Below, one piece after another: positions 12,601 through 26,218 of a stretch of DNA of 64,000 bases; positions within the stretch are counted from its first letter, which is position 1; the number at the start of each line of letters is the position of its first letter. This stretch comes from Lingula anatina (lineage: Eukaryota; Animalia; Brachiopoda), in NCBI GenBank assembly GCA_051362555.1, contig CM120643.1:4898001-4962000 (forward strand). The letters are read 5' to 3'. The notes under the pieces were generated by a model. It ran no database searches, was not told the origin of the DNA, and worked only from the letters and a program-made list of their open reading frames with translations. A program made the position numbers and the translations under genes.

Positions 12601-15303
12601 AACAAGGCAGCAAAGCTGTCAAATGTACAGACAAAAAACAGGAAATAACTATGCACAAAATAGGCTACTGTCAATTCTGATGCAAAATTTTAATGATTGA
12701 ATCTGACAAACTGCAATGATACGAGTTTATTTCCATTTTTGAAACTTTATTACACAATACACGATAACAAGTTTACCATCATTTTTACATAATCAACTAA
12801 TAATGTTGTAAAGATGCAGGAAATGCCAAACAAATACTTTTACGTATCTTATAAATTAAATAATGAAACTGTTAACATGCCTAAGAAATGAATCTTAAGA
12901 AATGTGAAAAAACGGCATTTCTTTGAAATAATGGCCCGATTAAGCTGATTTTTGAACTCAACCTGTGTTTTAGCAGGAATGACCACTCCTGTGAGTTTCA
13001 TGACAATTGGCCCATCTGTTTTTCTTATATTGTATTTACTGTGTTGCATATATGCTGAAAAGTGAAGAAAAAAGCATAACTACTAAAACAGTGGCCCGAT
13101 CATGCCGATTTTCGAACCTGACCTGCGTTATAATAAGATCGATTACTCCTGTGAGTTTCATGACAACAGGCCTATCAGTTTTCCTTGAAATGTGTTTACA
13201 GTGTTGCATATATGCTGAAAAGTTAAAAAACAGCATAACTTCCCTTAAAATGGCCCGATCATGCTGATTTTCGAACTTGACCTGCGTTTTATGAATATTC
13301 ATCAGCTCTGTAAACATACAGCCAAAAAGTAAAACTGCCTTCCACTTATCATGTTTACAATGAAAGTGCAAGGCGCCAGCGCCGGCGACAGTGACGGCGG
13401 CGACGGCAGATACAGGTGATGGCAATATGTACAGACACATCTGTACATATTTACTGTACTGTTTGAGAACAGTAAGTGACATTGTTTTTCTTAAATGGTC
13501 ATCATGGGAGCAGTGCCCAAAATAGTTTTTTTTTCAAATTTTGATGCAATATTACATAATGTTTAACAGCATAATGACCATCAATTTTAATAATAAAATA
13601 TTAGTATCATGGATATTCAGAAAATGTGACTAGCAAAGGTCTTCAGGCCCATATGGAACTTCAAAGTCACAACTTGAAAATGCCAAAATGTAAACAAGAC
13701 AGCACTGTTCTGAAATGTTTTTTTTTCCATTTTTAACAATTTTTTTAACATAAAACAAAATTAACAGGTTATTGCCATCTTTATATGATCAACTAAGAAA
13801 ATTGATGAGATGGGAAAAATATAAATACAACAGTGTTAAATGTCCAATTTCCTCCATTCTGAGATTCTAAACATAGTGAATGATTGCATCTGACAAACTG
13901 CAATGATATGAGTTTATTTCCATTTTTGAAACTTTATTACACAATACATGATAACAAGTTTACCATCAGTTTTACATAATCAACTAATAATGTTGTAAAG
14001 ATACAGGAAATGTCAACCAAACACTTTAACATGTCTTATTAGTTAAATAATGAGACTGTTAACATGCCTAAGAATTGAATCTGAGGAAATGTGAAACAAG
14101 ACAGCACTGTTCTGACATGGGTTTATTTCCATTTTTAACACTTTTTTTAACATAAAACAAAATAAACAGTTTACTGCAATTTTTATATGATCAACTAAGA
14201 AAATTGATGAGATGGGGAAAATATCAATAGAATAGTGTTAAATGTCTAATTTCCTCCATTCTGAGATTCTGAACATAGTGAATGATTAAATCTGACAAAC
14301 TGCAATGATATGAGTTTATTTCCATTTTTGACACTTTATCACACAATACACGATAACAAGTTTACTATCATTTTTACATAATCAACTAACAATGTTGTAA
14401 AGATGCAGGAAATATCAAACAAACACTTTTACGTATCTTATTAGTTCAATAATGAGACTGTTAACATGCCTAAGAGTTGAATCTGAGGAAATGTGAAAAA
14501 ACAGCATAACTTCTAAAATAATGCCCTGATTATGCTGATTTTCGAACTTGACCTGCGTTTTATGAATATTCATCAGCTCTGTAAATATAAAGCCAAAAAG
14601 TGAAACTGCCTTCCACTTATCGTGTTTACAAGGCAAGTGCACGGCGCCGGCGACGGCATCGGCATCGGCGACGGCGACGACAGACGCAGGTGTGTCTGTA
14701 CATAAAAACACTTTTACATATCTTATTAATTAAATAATGAAACTGTTAACATGCCTAAGAATTGAATCTAAGGAAATGTAAAAAACAGCATAACTTCTAA
14801 AATAATGGCCCGATTATGCTGATTTTTTAACTTAACCTGCATTTTAGCAGGAATGACCACTCCTGTGAGTTTAATGACAATTGGCCTATCTGTTTTTCTT
14901 ATATTGTGTTTACAGTGTTGCATATATGCTGAAAAGTGAAAAAAAAAGCATAACTACTAAAATAGTGGCCCGATCATGCCGATTTTCGAACTTGACCTGC
15001 GTTTTAGTAAGATCAATTTTTCCTGTGAGTTTCATGACAACAGGCCTATCAGTTTTTGTTGAAATGTGTTTACAGTGTTGCATATATGCTGAAAAGTGAA
15101 AAAACAGCATAACTACTACAATAATGGCCCGATCATGCTGATTTTCGAACTTGACCTGCATTTTATGAATATTCATCAGCTCTGTAAATATAAAGCCAAA
15201 AAGTAAAAATGTCTTCCACTTATCGTGTTTACAAGGAAAGTGCACGGCGACGACAGACGCAGGTGATGGCAATATGTACAGACACATCTGTGTCTGTACA
15301 TAA
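12601..15303 (+). mobile_element. Cluster of rearranged HINE/Helentron-like copies
   Basis: Family 5' end at 12601; three 3'-end-like segments (~13448, ~14703, ~15301), each after core repeats and a GAC/CGG microsatellite. Confidence 0.7.
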
Positions 15304-15950
15304 AAAGAACAACCCAAAATAAAATGTAGGTCTTTGAAAGGAAAATAGGGATTAGAGTCAGTAAAATATTTTCATTTACAATTTAAAAAAAGTCATTTTC
15401 ATGTAATGCATGCTATCAAAAAAAAAAGGGGGTGGGGGAATATGGATAGGAAATAAAGAGTCCAAATACAGTAAGTATATCTTACTTTCATTCTTATTTC
15501 TTAGGATTAAAAAAGATTTAATGTAAAATGTGCTTCAGATATTCAAAGTTATATTAATTATCATAATAGCAGATGTACATTGTGGTGGCTCCTACTTTAT
15601 ATAGAGACCCATGCTGAAATAGACCTCTACACATAAGGCTGGCTTGACCCAACCCCCTCTAATGGGCATGGAAGTACATTTTGTACCACCAAAATTGTTG
15701 TGTAAATGTCCCCTTTTATGTCTATTTTGCATAAAAAGTAAAATAAAAGGCCCCATCACACACCCTAGTTTTGTTACTTATGACCTAATCTTCCACACCA
15801 GCACTATTCATAGTAGTTTTGCAGAGTTTTTTTTTCTTCTTTTTTTCACCAAAATGCTATGAATGACTTTATTTGTCAAGGAAATCAGTGAAAACCTATT
15901 GACTTGGTAAATAGTCCATACAAGAGACCACCAGCCTATAACAAATACCA

Positions 15951-16251
15951 GAAGTTTACCAGATAAAGCAAGCTAGCCAATATAGTGATGAGCATCGATC
16001 TGCTAGATGGCCAGTTTGAAATCAGTGTATGCAAGGATGCACCCGGGTTTAATTAGAGCCAAAATAGTTAATTAAGACACACATCTAGCCACCAGAACAC
16101 ATTATGGATTCAGACCTCCCATAGCAAAAGTAGACCCATCAGTAGCTGGTACTGACAGTGTAAAGCTGGTTCCAAGACAGTTGGAAGTTGTGCACATATC
16201 ACTTCAGTCCTGTGGTATATGGGGTTTGCCATGAGGCAGGGATACAATTGA
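15951..16251 (+). pseudogene. Decayed C-terminal fragment of a DNA-transposon protein with a SWIM-type Zn finger (ISL2EU/PIF-like DDE_Tnp_4-associated type)
   Basis: Hand translation across frameshifts: VYQIKQASQYSDEH / DGQFEISVCKDAPG / LIRAKI / RHTSSHQNTLWIQ...ISSWY*QCKAGSKTVGSCAHITSVLWYMGFA. This gives CxC...CxH with the first Cys as a stop. Recognised from recalled family pattern, not from a search. Possible right end ...cactttgcc at ~17013. Confidence 0.65.
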
Positions 16252-17029
16252 AAATAATGTTGTGGAGAAGGCTGTTTGGATGCCTCACATTTACCAACAT
16301 CAAGTGGTGACAGTATTAGCAAGACAAAAAGTGTTTCGGACAGCACATCTGATGGATTATTTATTGTTTCATTATACATTTTTTATACTCATATTTGTAT
16401 ATTTTATATAAAATAACTCTTGCATTGCATTCTATACAAGCTCTTTATCACATACATAATCATATATGAAGTACTTTTTAGGTGATTTAATTTCATTGTC
16501 ATACAGATTATTGGCCATAACTGTTATTATGTGTACTATATTTTCATTTAGTTTTTAGTTATACCTTACATTATTTTGGTACAATTTTGGTCTGTGAGAA
16601 AAAATATATAAAATTAATAAATACGCTGAAACAAGTTTTTCTAGTAACAAGTCTTTTATACAGCTAGGTGAATATACCACCCCTCCCTCTCTTCTCTAGG
16701 ATAAAAAAAAACAATTATTACTTTCCCATTTACTTGTGCCACAACACAATTATTTAACATATAACTCTTTTTCACATCACAAGACAAGTTTCATTAGAAA
16801 AAATCGTTTATGTAATATAATTGCTGAAACAAGTTGCTCTGATTCATTAGATTGCATACAACAGGTAAATCCGGCTCCCCCCCCCACATATAATTCATTA
16901 AAAATATTAAGTTATAATGCCTCAAACCAAATAATATTTTTCCATGCAACAAATATATGCATAAACTTTATAATAGCAAATTATTTAAAAAATTTGAGGA
17001 TGGGCACTTTGCCAATGGTTATTCGCACT

Positions 17030-17775
17030 CATCCTTTGAACAAAATCTTGAGACAGATCTCACGATTTTGCACCTGTCGGAGGCGCTCTCCGGACGCCTG
17101 CTGGTTGTTGCAGATTTTTTAGACATCGCCACACCCATCACGGTCCCCAAATTTGAACTTAAAATTTTAAGATTGCTCGCAAGATTTTTCACCCATTTTG
17201 GGCATCCCAGACACAATCTCCGATGACCTACGATGCTCTCCGATTAATCAGAGGCGTCCTCCGAATAATCTGAGACTAGTCGCAAGATTCTGTGTGGGAT
17301 TGGAAAATCAGGTTGAGATTCAATGTCTGCGAGTAGTCTCCGGCGCCCTCCGACTGAATCGGAGGTGCCCTGCGACGATTCGTATGCTTTATGTGATCGT
17401 CTCCGACGAATCGTACAGTGGAATGGTAGGAAATCGCCGTGTATATAAGGGCGCCTCTGACCGGATCGCTTAAATTTTGAGACGCTCTTGCTGCAAGAGG
17501 CTTTTCCCTCCTTTTCCCCCACATATACCCAGGGGAAAAAAATTACAAGAAAAGACGCTCGCAGATATCGTCTCCGATCGCCTCCGATGCAATCGGAGGC
17601 TAATCCCACGATTTTTCGACAAAACCGGGTCAAAATCCTTGAAAAAATCTCAGACAATGCGACTGCTCCACTTTTATTAGGATTATTGCTAGGATTGTTC
17701 AAGGATTCTTTATTTTCTACGACGACCCCCGGCCAAAACTAATCCCCGACAGATCGCCGACGTTGTGACTGGGCC
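17030..17775. mobile_element. Truncated GC-rich non-autonomous DNA transposon (GGCCCAGTCAC end, PIF/Harbinger-like)
   Basis: CpG-rich segment with recurring tcggaggc/ctccga words in both orientations; ends gtgactgggcc; matching left TIR not seen. Confidence 0.5.
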
Positions 17776-17807
17776 ATAAGCTGTATCAGTTTACTAAAGG
17801 GGGGGAT

Positions 17808-18216
17808 TGCAGTGTCTATCTAGCTAGCTAGAGGGGTTGGTGGTCAACCATTCAAGGCTGTCCACTTTTCCTCTGCCTGTCAATCAAAGTAGCAGTCAAG
17901 CATTCAAGGTCCTCCACTTTGGGAAATGTATAAGTAGAGCTGCTCTACGCAGTGTTGGCCAGTTTATTTTTCAGTTTTAGTTAGTTGAGATATTGGAGTA
18001 GTTGGGTTGTCCAGCAGTGTAGAATACATCAAGATAGCCAGAGGCAATGTAGAGAAAGCAGCATAGAATGCAGCAGACAGTATAGTAATAGAAAAGTAGC
18101 TGGTTCCAGATACAGAAACATGTGCATGTGACTTGTAAAGTATTCTTAGAAAATAAAAGAAAAGAAGAAAACCAATTGAAGTGTTGTGCGGTTTTCACAG
18201 ACCAAAGTGAGCCGCA
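17808..18216 (+). mobile_element. Probable LTR (Ty3/Gypsy-like)
   Basis: Starts TG after purine tract aaagggggggat; contains tataag and aataaa; ends CA and is followed by PBS-like tggtggcagtg (18218-18228). Confidence 0.45.
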
Positions 18217-18259
18217 CTGGTGGCAGTGATTTCGTTCTTTAAAAGTACAAGAACAGCAC

Positions 18260-21200
18260 AGTAGTTATAAAACAGAAATAACACAGTGATCAAAATATAT
18301 TATTGTATTATAATAAACACATACAGAAACAATAAAGACATAGACAGTGATCAGAATACAATCAAACACATTCAAGACAATCAATGCACAGGTATCAGAA
18401 TGTATACATGAAATTTTGTCCACATAAAGATTTATGCTAAGCTAACCCTCGCCCCCCCCCCCCCAAACTCCGAACGGTTCACATTAACCATTGTCACCTT
18501 AAAAATATATATATATACAACTGAGTGGGATCTAATTAAGTGACCCTTTTTCAAAATAATAATTTCTAAGGTACAACATTTACATGTAGCAGCAATGGTC
18601 ACAATGGGATTAAAGAGAATTGCCAGTGTAGCAATATCATATTGCATTGTTGTACCGACCTGTGATAAGGCTGCAAGGTTGAGATGAGTTCAGCTGTCCT
18701 CAGTGTGACGATCATCTCTACTGAAAACAGATAATACATCATCAATAAACAAGGCAGAAAAGCTGTCAAATGTAGAGAAAATAAAGATGCAGAAAATAGG
18801 TAATTTTGTCAATTTTAATGCAATAATAAATAATGCTGTCAATCAACACTGAATTTTAATCATGAACAACAGATAACATGGTCAATAACAGGAGCGTACA
18901 GGATAGATATTAACATGTATTAACATGATATGAATAGCCCCATTGAGTTTGAGGATATATGGTAGTTCACAGATATAACAAAGTGATAAAAAAATATTAT
19001 TATACTATAATGGACACATACAGCGACAATAAATTAAGGCATTTTGTCTATATCAAGATATTTGCTAAGCGAACCCTCGCCCCCCCACAACGTTGAAAAG
19101 TTTACATTAACCGCTGTCACCTTGAACATATATAAAACTGAGTGGGATCTAAGTGAGCCTTTTCCAAAATGGTAATTTCTCAGGTACAACATATAGCAGC
19201 AATGGTCACAATGGGATTGAAGAGAATCACCAGTGCAGCAATATCGTTGTTGCACTGACATATATGTGCTGAGGCTCTCTCTCTCTAACTCACACACACA
19301 CACATTCACATAGAGACAGAAACACACCAAGACATCATTGAGATTTAATGAAGACTTCAGCTTCACTGTAAGGTGCTGCCGCCAAGTGGATAAAGCAAGC
19401 ACTACATTGTAAAATGCAGCAATGGGAAGAGCATCCCCAAGCAAGTGTAGCAGCAGATTTTATTCACTGTGGCTAATGCAACTGCAATACGGAATAAATG
19501 CGGCGGGTTACTGAGTAACGATATGATAACTGATAGCAATGTCAGAATTACGTTTACAGTTTCAATTGCTTTTGAGAAACATTCCAGATATATCATGGAT
19601 CACTTCGATAGTCAGAACTCAGTGCCTAAAGGAGGATCGGAGTTAGTCGCCAAATTGAGCGCTTTGGATTATAAACTTTTTAACTCTCGTTACGCACCCG
19701 GAATAACCGATATTAATAACTGATATGTGACTTAAATCTTAATTGGATTATCACTATACCGAGTAAACCACCATGCTCTAGTGTTCATTAATACCGGGAA
19801 AGATTAAACAGATATTAATAATATTTAAATAACTCATTTAGATTTATAAAGATGTTTCTGTAGATAATTCATTTAGATTTATAAAGATGTTTCTTCACAA
19901 AACATGATTCAGATTGTTATTATTATTTTTTAGGCCAACGGGAGTTTTTCACTTTAGTGAGAGGGTTCTTATGAAGAAACACCACTGCTACCCTATTGCC
20001 AATGTTCGCCAATTGAGTCATAGCTGGCTGACCATGGAGAGTCCATTAAAACATTTGGCTAATTAAAGGACAGCATTATTTACATAACGGTGGTAAAACG
20101 ATGGTTAACGACGTTGGCCCGACATTAGCGCGAAGTTGGCAAGAGGGTGGCATCGTTGGCATAACAGCGGCTAACCGCCAATAGTAATAGCTCATAACGG
20201 CGTATGCCCAACGTTGGCGCGAAGTTGGTTGGCATAACAGTGGATGACCGCCCATTATCCGCAATGACGTCGGCCCGGCGTCGATGTGACGTTGGCAAAA
20301 GGGTGGCAGATCACCGATGGGCCGACAGCGGGCTGCCAGACATGCCGACCTCAAACCGACGTCGTCTGCCAACGTTGGCCCGACGGAGGCAAAGTCGTCG
20401 GGCCAACGTTGGCGCGACCACTGTTTGCTATCTGGGCTTGAATATATATAAAATTGAGTGGGATCTAATTCAACTTTTTCCAAAATAATAATTTCTCAGG
20501 TAAAACATATAGTGGCAATGTTCACAATGGGATTGAAGAGAATCACCAGGGTACCAATATCGTTGTTGCACTGACCTGTGCTGATGATGATGTGAGGTTG
20601 AGATGAGTTCAGCTGATCAGAATACATACAGACTAATTCAATGTCACAATAGACAATACACAGGCATCAGAATGTATACATAAAATTTTGTCTATATCAA
20701 GATTTTTGCTAAGCGCACAACTCCCTCCCACCCCCACCCAAATATCAACAGCTCACATTAACCCTTTATTGCCACCTTGAGCATACCTAAAACTGAGTAT
20801 GCATGATATAATAGCACAATATTACAGATTTAAGGAGATTTTCCCCTGATCATGTGTGTGTTAAGTAATTTTTTATTATTTTTAAAATACTAGATAAGCT
20901 GAACACTTCTTTGTTTTAACAAAATGTTAAATTTTTCTGTTTTTGTGTGCTAAAAATAATACAACTTTCAAAATTGGGATAAAATTATTGTGTTTAGTTT
21001 TTTAAAATCAATTTTGAAGTTCTTTGAGCTTTTTTTAATACTAAATTCTCTATATCTCTTACCACGTACACCCTCCCACAAACAAGCTCTCTCTCTCTCT
21101 AACTCACACACACACACACACAAACTCTTTATCTCTTTCTCTCTCTCACACACATATCCACACACACACACACACACACATTCACACAGAGACAAAAACA

Positions 21201-22658
21201 CACCAAGACATCATTGAGACTTAACGAAGAAGACTTCAGCTTCATTGTAAGGTGCTGCTGCCAAGTGGATAAAGCAAGCACTAAATTGTAAAATGCAGCA
21301 ATTGGAAGAGCATCCCCAAGCAGTAAATATATATATATATATGTAGACATGTACGGTAGTTACAACACAGACATAACACAGTAATCAAAATATATTATTA
21401 TACTATAATAAACACATACAGTGACAATAAAGACATAGACAGTGATCAGAAAATATACAGACACATTCAAGGTCTCAATAGACAATTACAAAGTCATCAA
21501 GATGTATACATGAAATTTTGTTTATATCAAGATTTTTGCCCAGCGAACCCTTGCCCCCCAACTCCAAACAGATAACATTAACCCTTGTCACCTTGAACAT
21601 ACTGTATGAAAAACTGATTTGGATCTCAATGACCCATTTACAAATGATAATTTCTCTGTTACAACATTTAGTGGTGATGGACACAATGGGATTGAATAGA
21701 ATCACCAGTGTAGCAATATCATTGTTGCACTGACCTTTGCTGATACTGTGTGGTTGTAGAACGAGATGGTGAACAGATAAATTCGACTGTCCTCAGTGTG
21801 ATGATAATCCAGGAAACACACCTTCATTTCTATTGAAAACAGATAATAAATCATCAATAAAAATATATATACTAGTACTAGTACACACACACAGGAACCT
21901 TTCTCTCTTTCTCACACACACATTCACACAGAGACAGAAACACACCAAGACATCATTGAGACTTAATGAAGAAGACGTCAGCTTCACTGTAAGGTGCTGC
22001 CGCCAAGTGGATAAAGCAAGCACTACATTGTAAAATGCAGCAATGGGAAGAGCATCCCTAAGCAGTAAAGTATCATATCTTGAAATAGAAAATATTTAAC
22101 AAACCAAAGGAAAATGAACAAATTGATTTTTATAATTCATTCAAATAAATTGTTCACACAATAGCTCAGGATTCAAACGAATGCACATGTGCGAAAAGTG
22201 CACTGTTTGAAATAAACAAGTTGGTGAAATTGACAAAGCCTGCCGGTGTTTACACGCTGGTTAAATCAATTTAATTTGCCCTCTGGTATTGTTTTGAAAA
22301 TTTATATTAGAGACACTCTATTGATTTTATGTTTTAAAAAGTAAATCCATTGGAATTTCCTGAGAATAACAGGGATCTTTATTCCTGGGTCAAAATCTGG
22401 TAGGGCCATTTTGGCCCACTTGGTCAAAAAAATTGGGCCATTTTTTAAAAAATGTGTAACACAGTGATTATTATATTATAATAAACAGTGACAATACAGA
22501 CATAGACAGTGATCAGACACATTCAATGTCTCAACAGACAATTGCAAAGTCATCAAGAAGTATACATGAAATTTTGTTTATATCAATATTTTTTGCCAAG
22601 CGAACCCTCGCCCCCCAACTCCTAATAGTTAACATTAACCCTTGTCACCTTGAACATA
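18260..22658 (-). repeat. Older diverged and rearranged copies of the array modules (A, B, C, D)
   Basis: Module matches at ~18260-18750, 19000-19443 and 20440-22658, including a D module lacking the MITE. Confidence 0.85.
20090..20436. mobile_element. One end of a CCCAG-terminated (EnSpm/CMC-like) non-autonomous element
   Basis: Multiple cgttggc / gccaacg subterminal repeats ending in ...tttgctatctggg. Confidence 0.6.
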
Positions 22659-25600
22659 CAGTGGTAGTAATAATTTTGTTTCCGTTGTACACCGGTGTAA
22701 CAACGTTCGAAATGTTTTAATCCCTATCTTGTGAATGGAAGGGGGCGGACAAATAATGGAGGGCCGTATAAATCCCTTCAAAATTTGAACGCACAAACAC
22801 AATAGCTTAGGTGGAATATCACAATACTTAAGACGAGTGAACCCCAAGACGCCGGTTTCTGTGGTCCAGAGCGACAAGACAATCCGCTGTAACTAGGTGT
22901 AATTAACAGCAGGATACATCAGCCAGAAGGTCCCCATTGTTTGTTGCGGCGATAGGATTATAGCTTTAAGAGGTTAGAACCCATGCTAATGCGTGCCACG
23001 CGTAGCGAACTGTCCTTTTATTCACTAGTTTGGCACGCGCAGCTGATTATGATTTTTGTGTTGCTTACAAACTGCTAGTTAAATTTGTTAACAGTTATTT
23101 CATCCAATATGAAATTTCCGCAGTCAAAAATTGAACTAAGTATTGTTTGTTTGATTGACATGCATGAGTGTCAGCATCAATCTGTCTCAAAAAATTCTTA
23201 TTGCATTAATTTATAAATGTATAATTTATTTATAAACATACTGCATTCAAGTATTTATAAAACATGAATGACAATGAATGAGGAATAAGGAAAGAATATA
23301 TTACTTATACTATACTTATATTATAATATTGAAATTAAATGAGGTGCATTGACAGAGGCGCAAGGACAATCCATGGACATAATAAGAGATTCCTATTTAC
23401 AGGTAACGGATTATGTCAGAGGACAACGCACCACTAACGCGTTGGGTGATTGAAAAATTCGTCTAATACCTAACTACGCCCCCTTTTTATGAATGGTCGC
23501 CGTGGGAAGAAGACAATGAGACCATAAGTAATTAACGCATCGACACTAAGGTTTAACAATGATGTTTTTATCAAGCCAGCACGTAGCGCGAGCCTTGTCA
23601 AAATAAGTTGTTGAAGCAGCAGCGGGACGCCAACACCACTTTATCTTTGCTTGTTATGTAATCCGGTAAACGACGTGTGCCTCGTTGAATCAGCTATTAA
23701 GATCGCTGCAGTTAATTATAACCTTGTGGAACGTGCTTGCATCATATATCTCGCTAGACAACTTGATTGACTTATTTCACTATGGATTTGCCGAGCATTA
23801 CTTAAATTTTACCTGAACAGTTTACCGGGCGATCTCGACAGCGTGACCCTCACATTGCAGGGCATGACTCGCGTATATGCACAGAGTCTGCTTGATATGA
23901 ATATACTAATGCTGCCGTGGTTTAATATGTTCTTTAAAACTTCATATTACACTGTAAACATCTTTTCAGGCCACCATTCACAGAAACTTTATTTTCAAAA
24001 CAATAACTACATTCCGCGTCGAGTCGACTTTGAGCACGCGGCTGATATTTCATTGGCGCCATTTTTTACATGTGCAAGCAACAATATATCGAACGCGCTA
24101 AGTACATTGCGACAAAGTCGTTATAGCTTTTAGATAGAACTGTTAAAAGTGCTTATGCACCTCAGTAACCTTTTTGTTTACTTTACACTTTTATATCCAA
24201 TTGAATTCCAGGTTACAAGTACGGTTACAAAGGTAATTCAGATGATGTAGGCACATGTACATGCCTTATCCGACCACAGTGTTAATTTATTGGTTTGTTT
24301 GCGGTCATTTTTATGTTGCCATGTTGCTCACTATTTTTGTTTTAATGTTTCATCAGTATAAATAAAAGGAAACACTTCAGCAATTTTTTCTTCTGTTTTT
24401 TTTTTTTTTTCCTGTCTCAGTGAAAACTTAAATACCCCTAGGATGCTACGTGGGCCAAGCGTTCCAAAGTAACACGTACCAGTATCAGCATTCTTCAACA
24501 AAAAAAAGTTAGAAACATTGGTATCTGCAGTGCAGTAAAATTTGAAAGAAAGACAGAAGACAAAGGCCACTCTCACATCAGGTTTTCTCCCTGTCATTAT
24601 TTTATATAAGGAGTCTGCTAGTCCTCTGGTTTTCCCTCCTACTTTTTTTCATCACTACATTCTTGTTTCACCTACAGATGTTATTATAATATATCTTAAA
24701 TAATAATAAAGCAAAAATGAATATAATATTGCATAGTTTTGGATCACTATAACATATTTTTTCTTACGACGGGGCTGAACCCGATCTCAATCAACAGCCT
24801 ACAAAGCACATACCAACATCTCAACATTCCGTTTGAGAACGTTCATTTCGAAAAAAGTATTTGTACAAATTTCGAGTGTTGGTAGTGAGTGCTTTCAATC
24901 TTTAAGTTGATCTTTGAAATAAAATTACATAAACTGTGATAATTTTGAGCCTTCCAGCAGTATTGTTATATGCGTGGTGATGTCTCTGTCCTTATCGGTA
25001 TTCATCGGACATACCTCAACAGACAATGGAAGAGGAAGTGACAAAAGAGTAGGAAACTATCAATGCTGTCATGAGCCAGCACTAATGTCCCTGAAATAAA
25101 GACAGGCGATGGTTATCTGTAACTACCTCTGGTTGAAGAGAATGAGGTGAGAAATCGACCACTAATTACTGTGGCCATAAACTTCGTTATTAACCTAATT
25201 TGCCTTCTCCACCTAGATCTCGAAGCCCAGTCTATCACGATGCAAATATTTACGTCTGTGACCACCGCAACGTATACCAAATAATATACATACAATGCGA
25301 ACAAAATTAAAACAAATATATATAAAAAGCAACTGTCACACGCATGAGATGGACAGTGAATCGTTCAGCTATTCGGGGGATAAAACCATCTGACTCGACG
25401 CACTTCATGACAAAGAACGTTCACACAAAAGAAAATGATAAGATAATAAAAACAATTACGGAAGGCCATCCTACAATACATATCAACCCACTTTTTTAAT
25501 TATTTGCCAGGGGGTGAAGGATGCGAACATTATTTGTATCTATATTTATAACAAATGTTTCACTGCCACCCCCTTACCCAGTACACACGACAGCTACTGC

Positions 25601-25671
25601 TCATATTTATGTAGTGAAGATGGATGAGATAGCATATATGAATTAACTGATACAGAGTTTTTTTTTCTGTT

Positions 25672-26218
25672 TTAGGAAAGTGATCTTCGTTTTGTACTGC
25701 GTTTTATACTGTTTACTAAACTAGTAATTAACCAGCGAGGGGTAGGTTAAGAGTGCAATTAGCTCGTTACTAACAAAGAGCTGCAACTCTTGTTAACGCG
25801 TCAGGGCGGCTAAGACTTCTATCAACTTGTGTCGCTAAAAATAATCAAAACAAAGTCTTGCAACACACGCAGAATGTTCGACTTTGATATGGAAGGGCAG
25901 ACTTTCATGAAGCAAGTAAAGTGTTGGAAGTTTCTACGACGACTCATATATTTAAGAGACACGAACAAAACCGCTATATCCCGGATGTAATGAACAAAAG
26001 CTGACTGGTGGGGCAGGACATATAAAAAGTGCATATAAACTTCACGAGCTACGCAAAACCTAAGCTCTGCCTATACACAAGTTAAAATCAACCACCCTTT
26101 ACATAAACCCCGCGAGCAAATCTGTTGATACACATATTAGTGCGGTTTCAGGAAAGTGATCTACTGCGTTTTGTGATGTTAAGTAAACTAGTAATTAACC
26201 AGCGAGGGGTAGGTTAAG
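25672..26218 (+). repeat. Local duplicate pair of a ~75-bp motif
   Basis: aggaaagtgatct...tactgcgttt...taaactagtaattaaccagcgaggggtaggttaag at ~25674-25751 and ~26150-26218. Confidence 0.85.

Noticed and set aside
4841-15317. ORFs such as MLKKVKKQ..LIFELDL.. and MNIHKTQVKFENQHD..
   Set aside because: Chance translations of the 161-bp HINE core on both strands; frames are not maintained between monomers.
16736-17742. Cluster of overlapping ORFs on both strands
   Set aside because: GC-rich non-autonomous transposon sequence with few stops; no recognisable domain.
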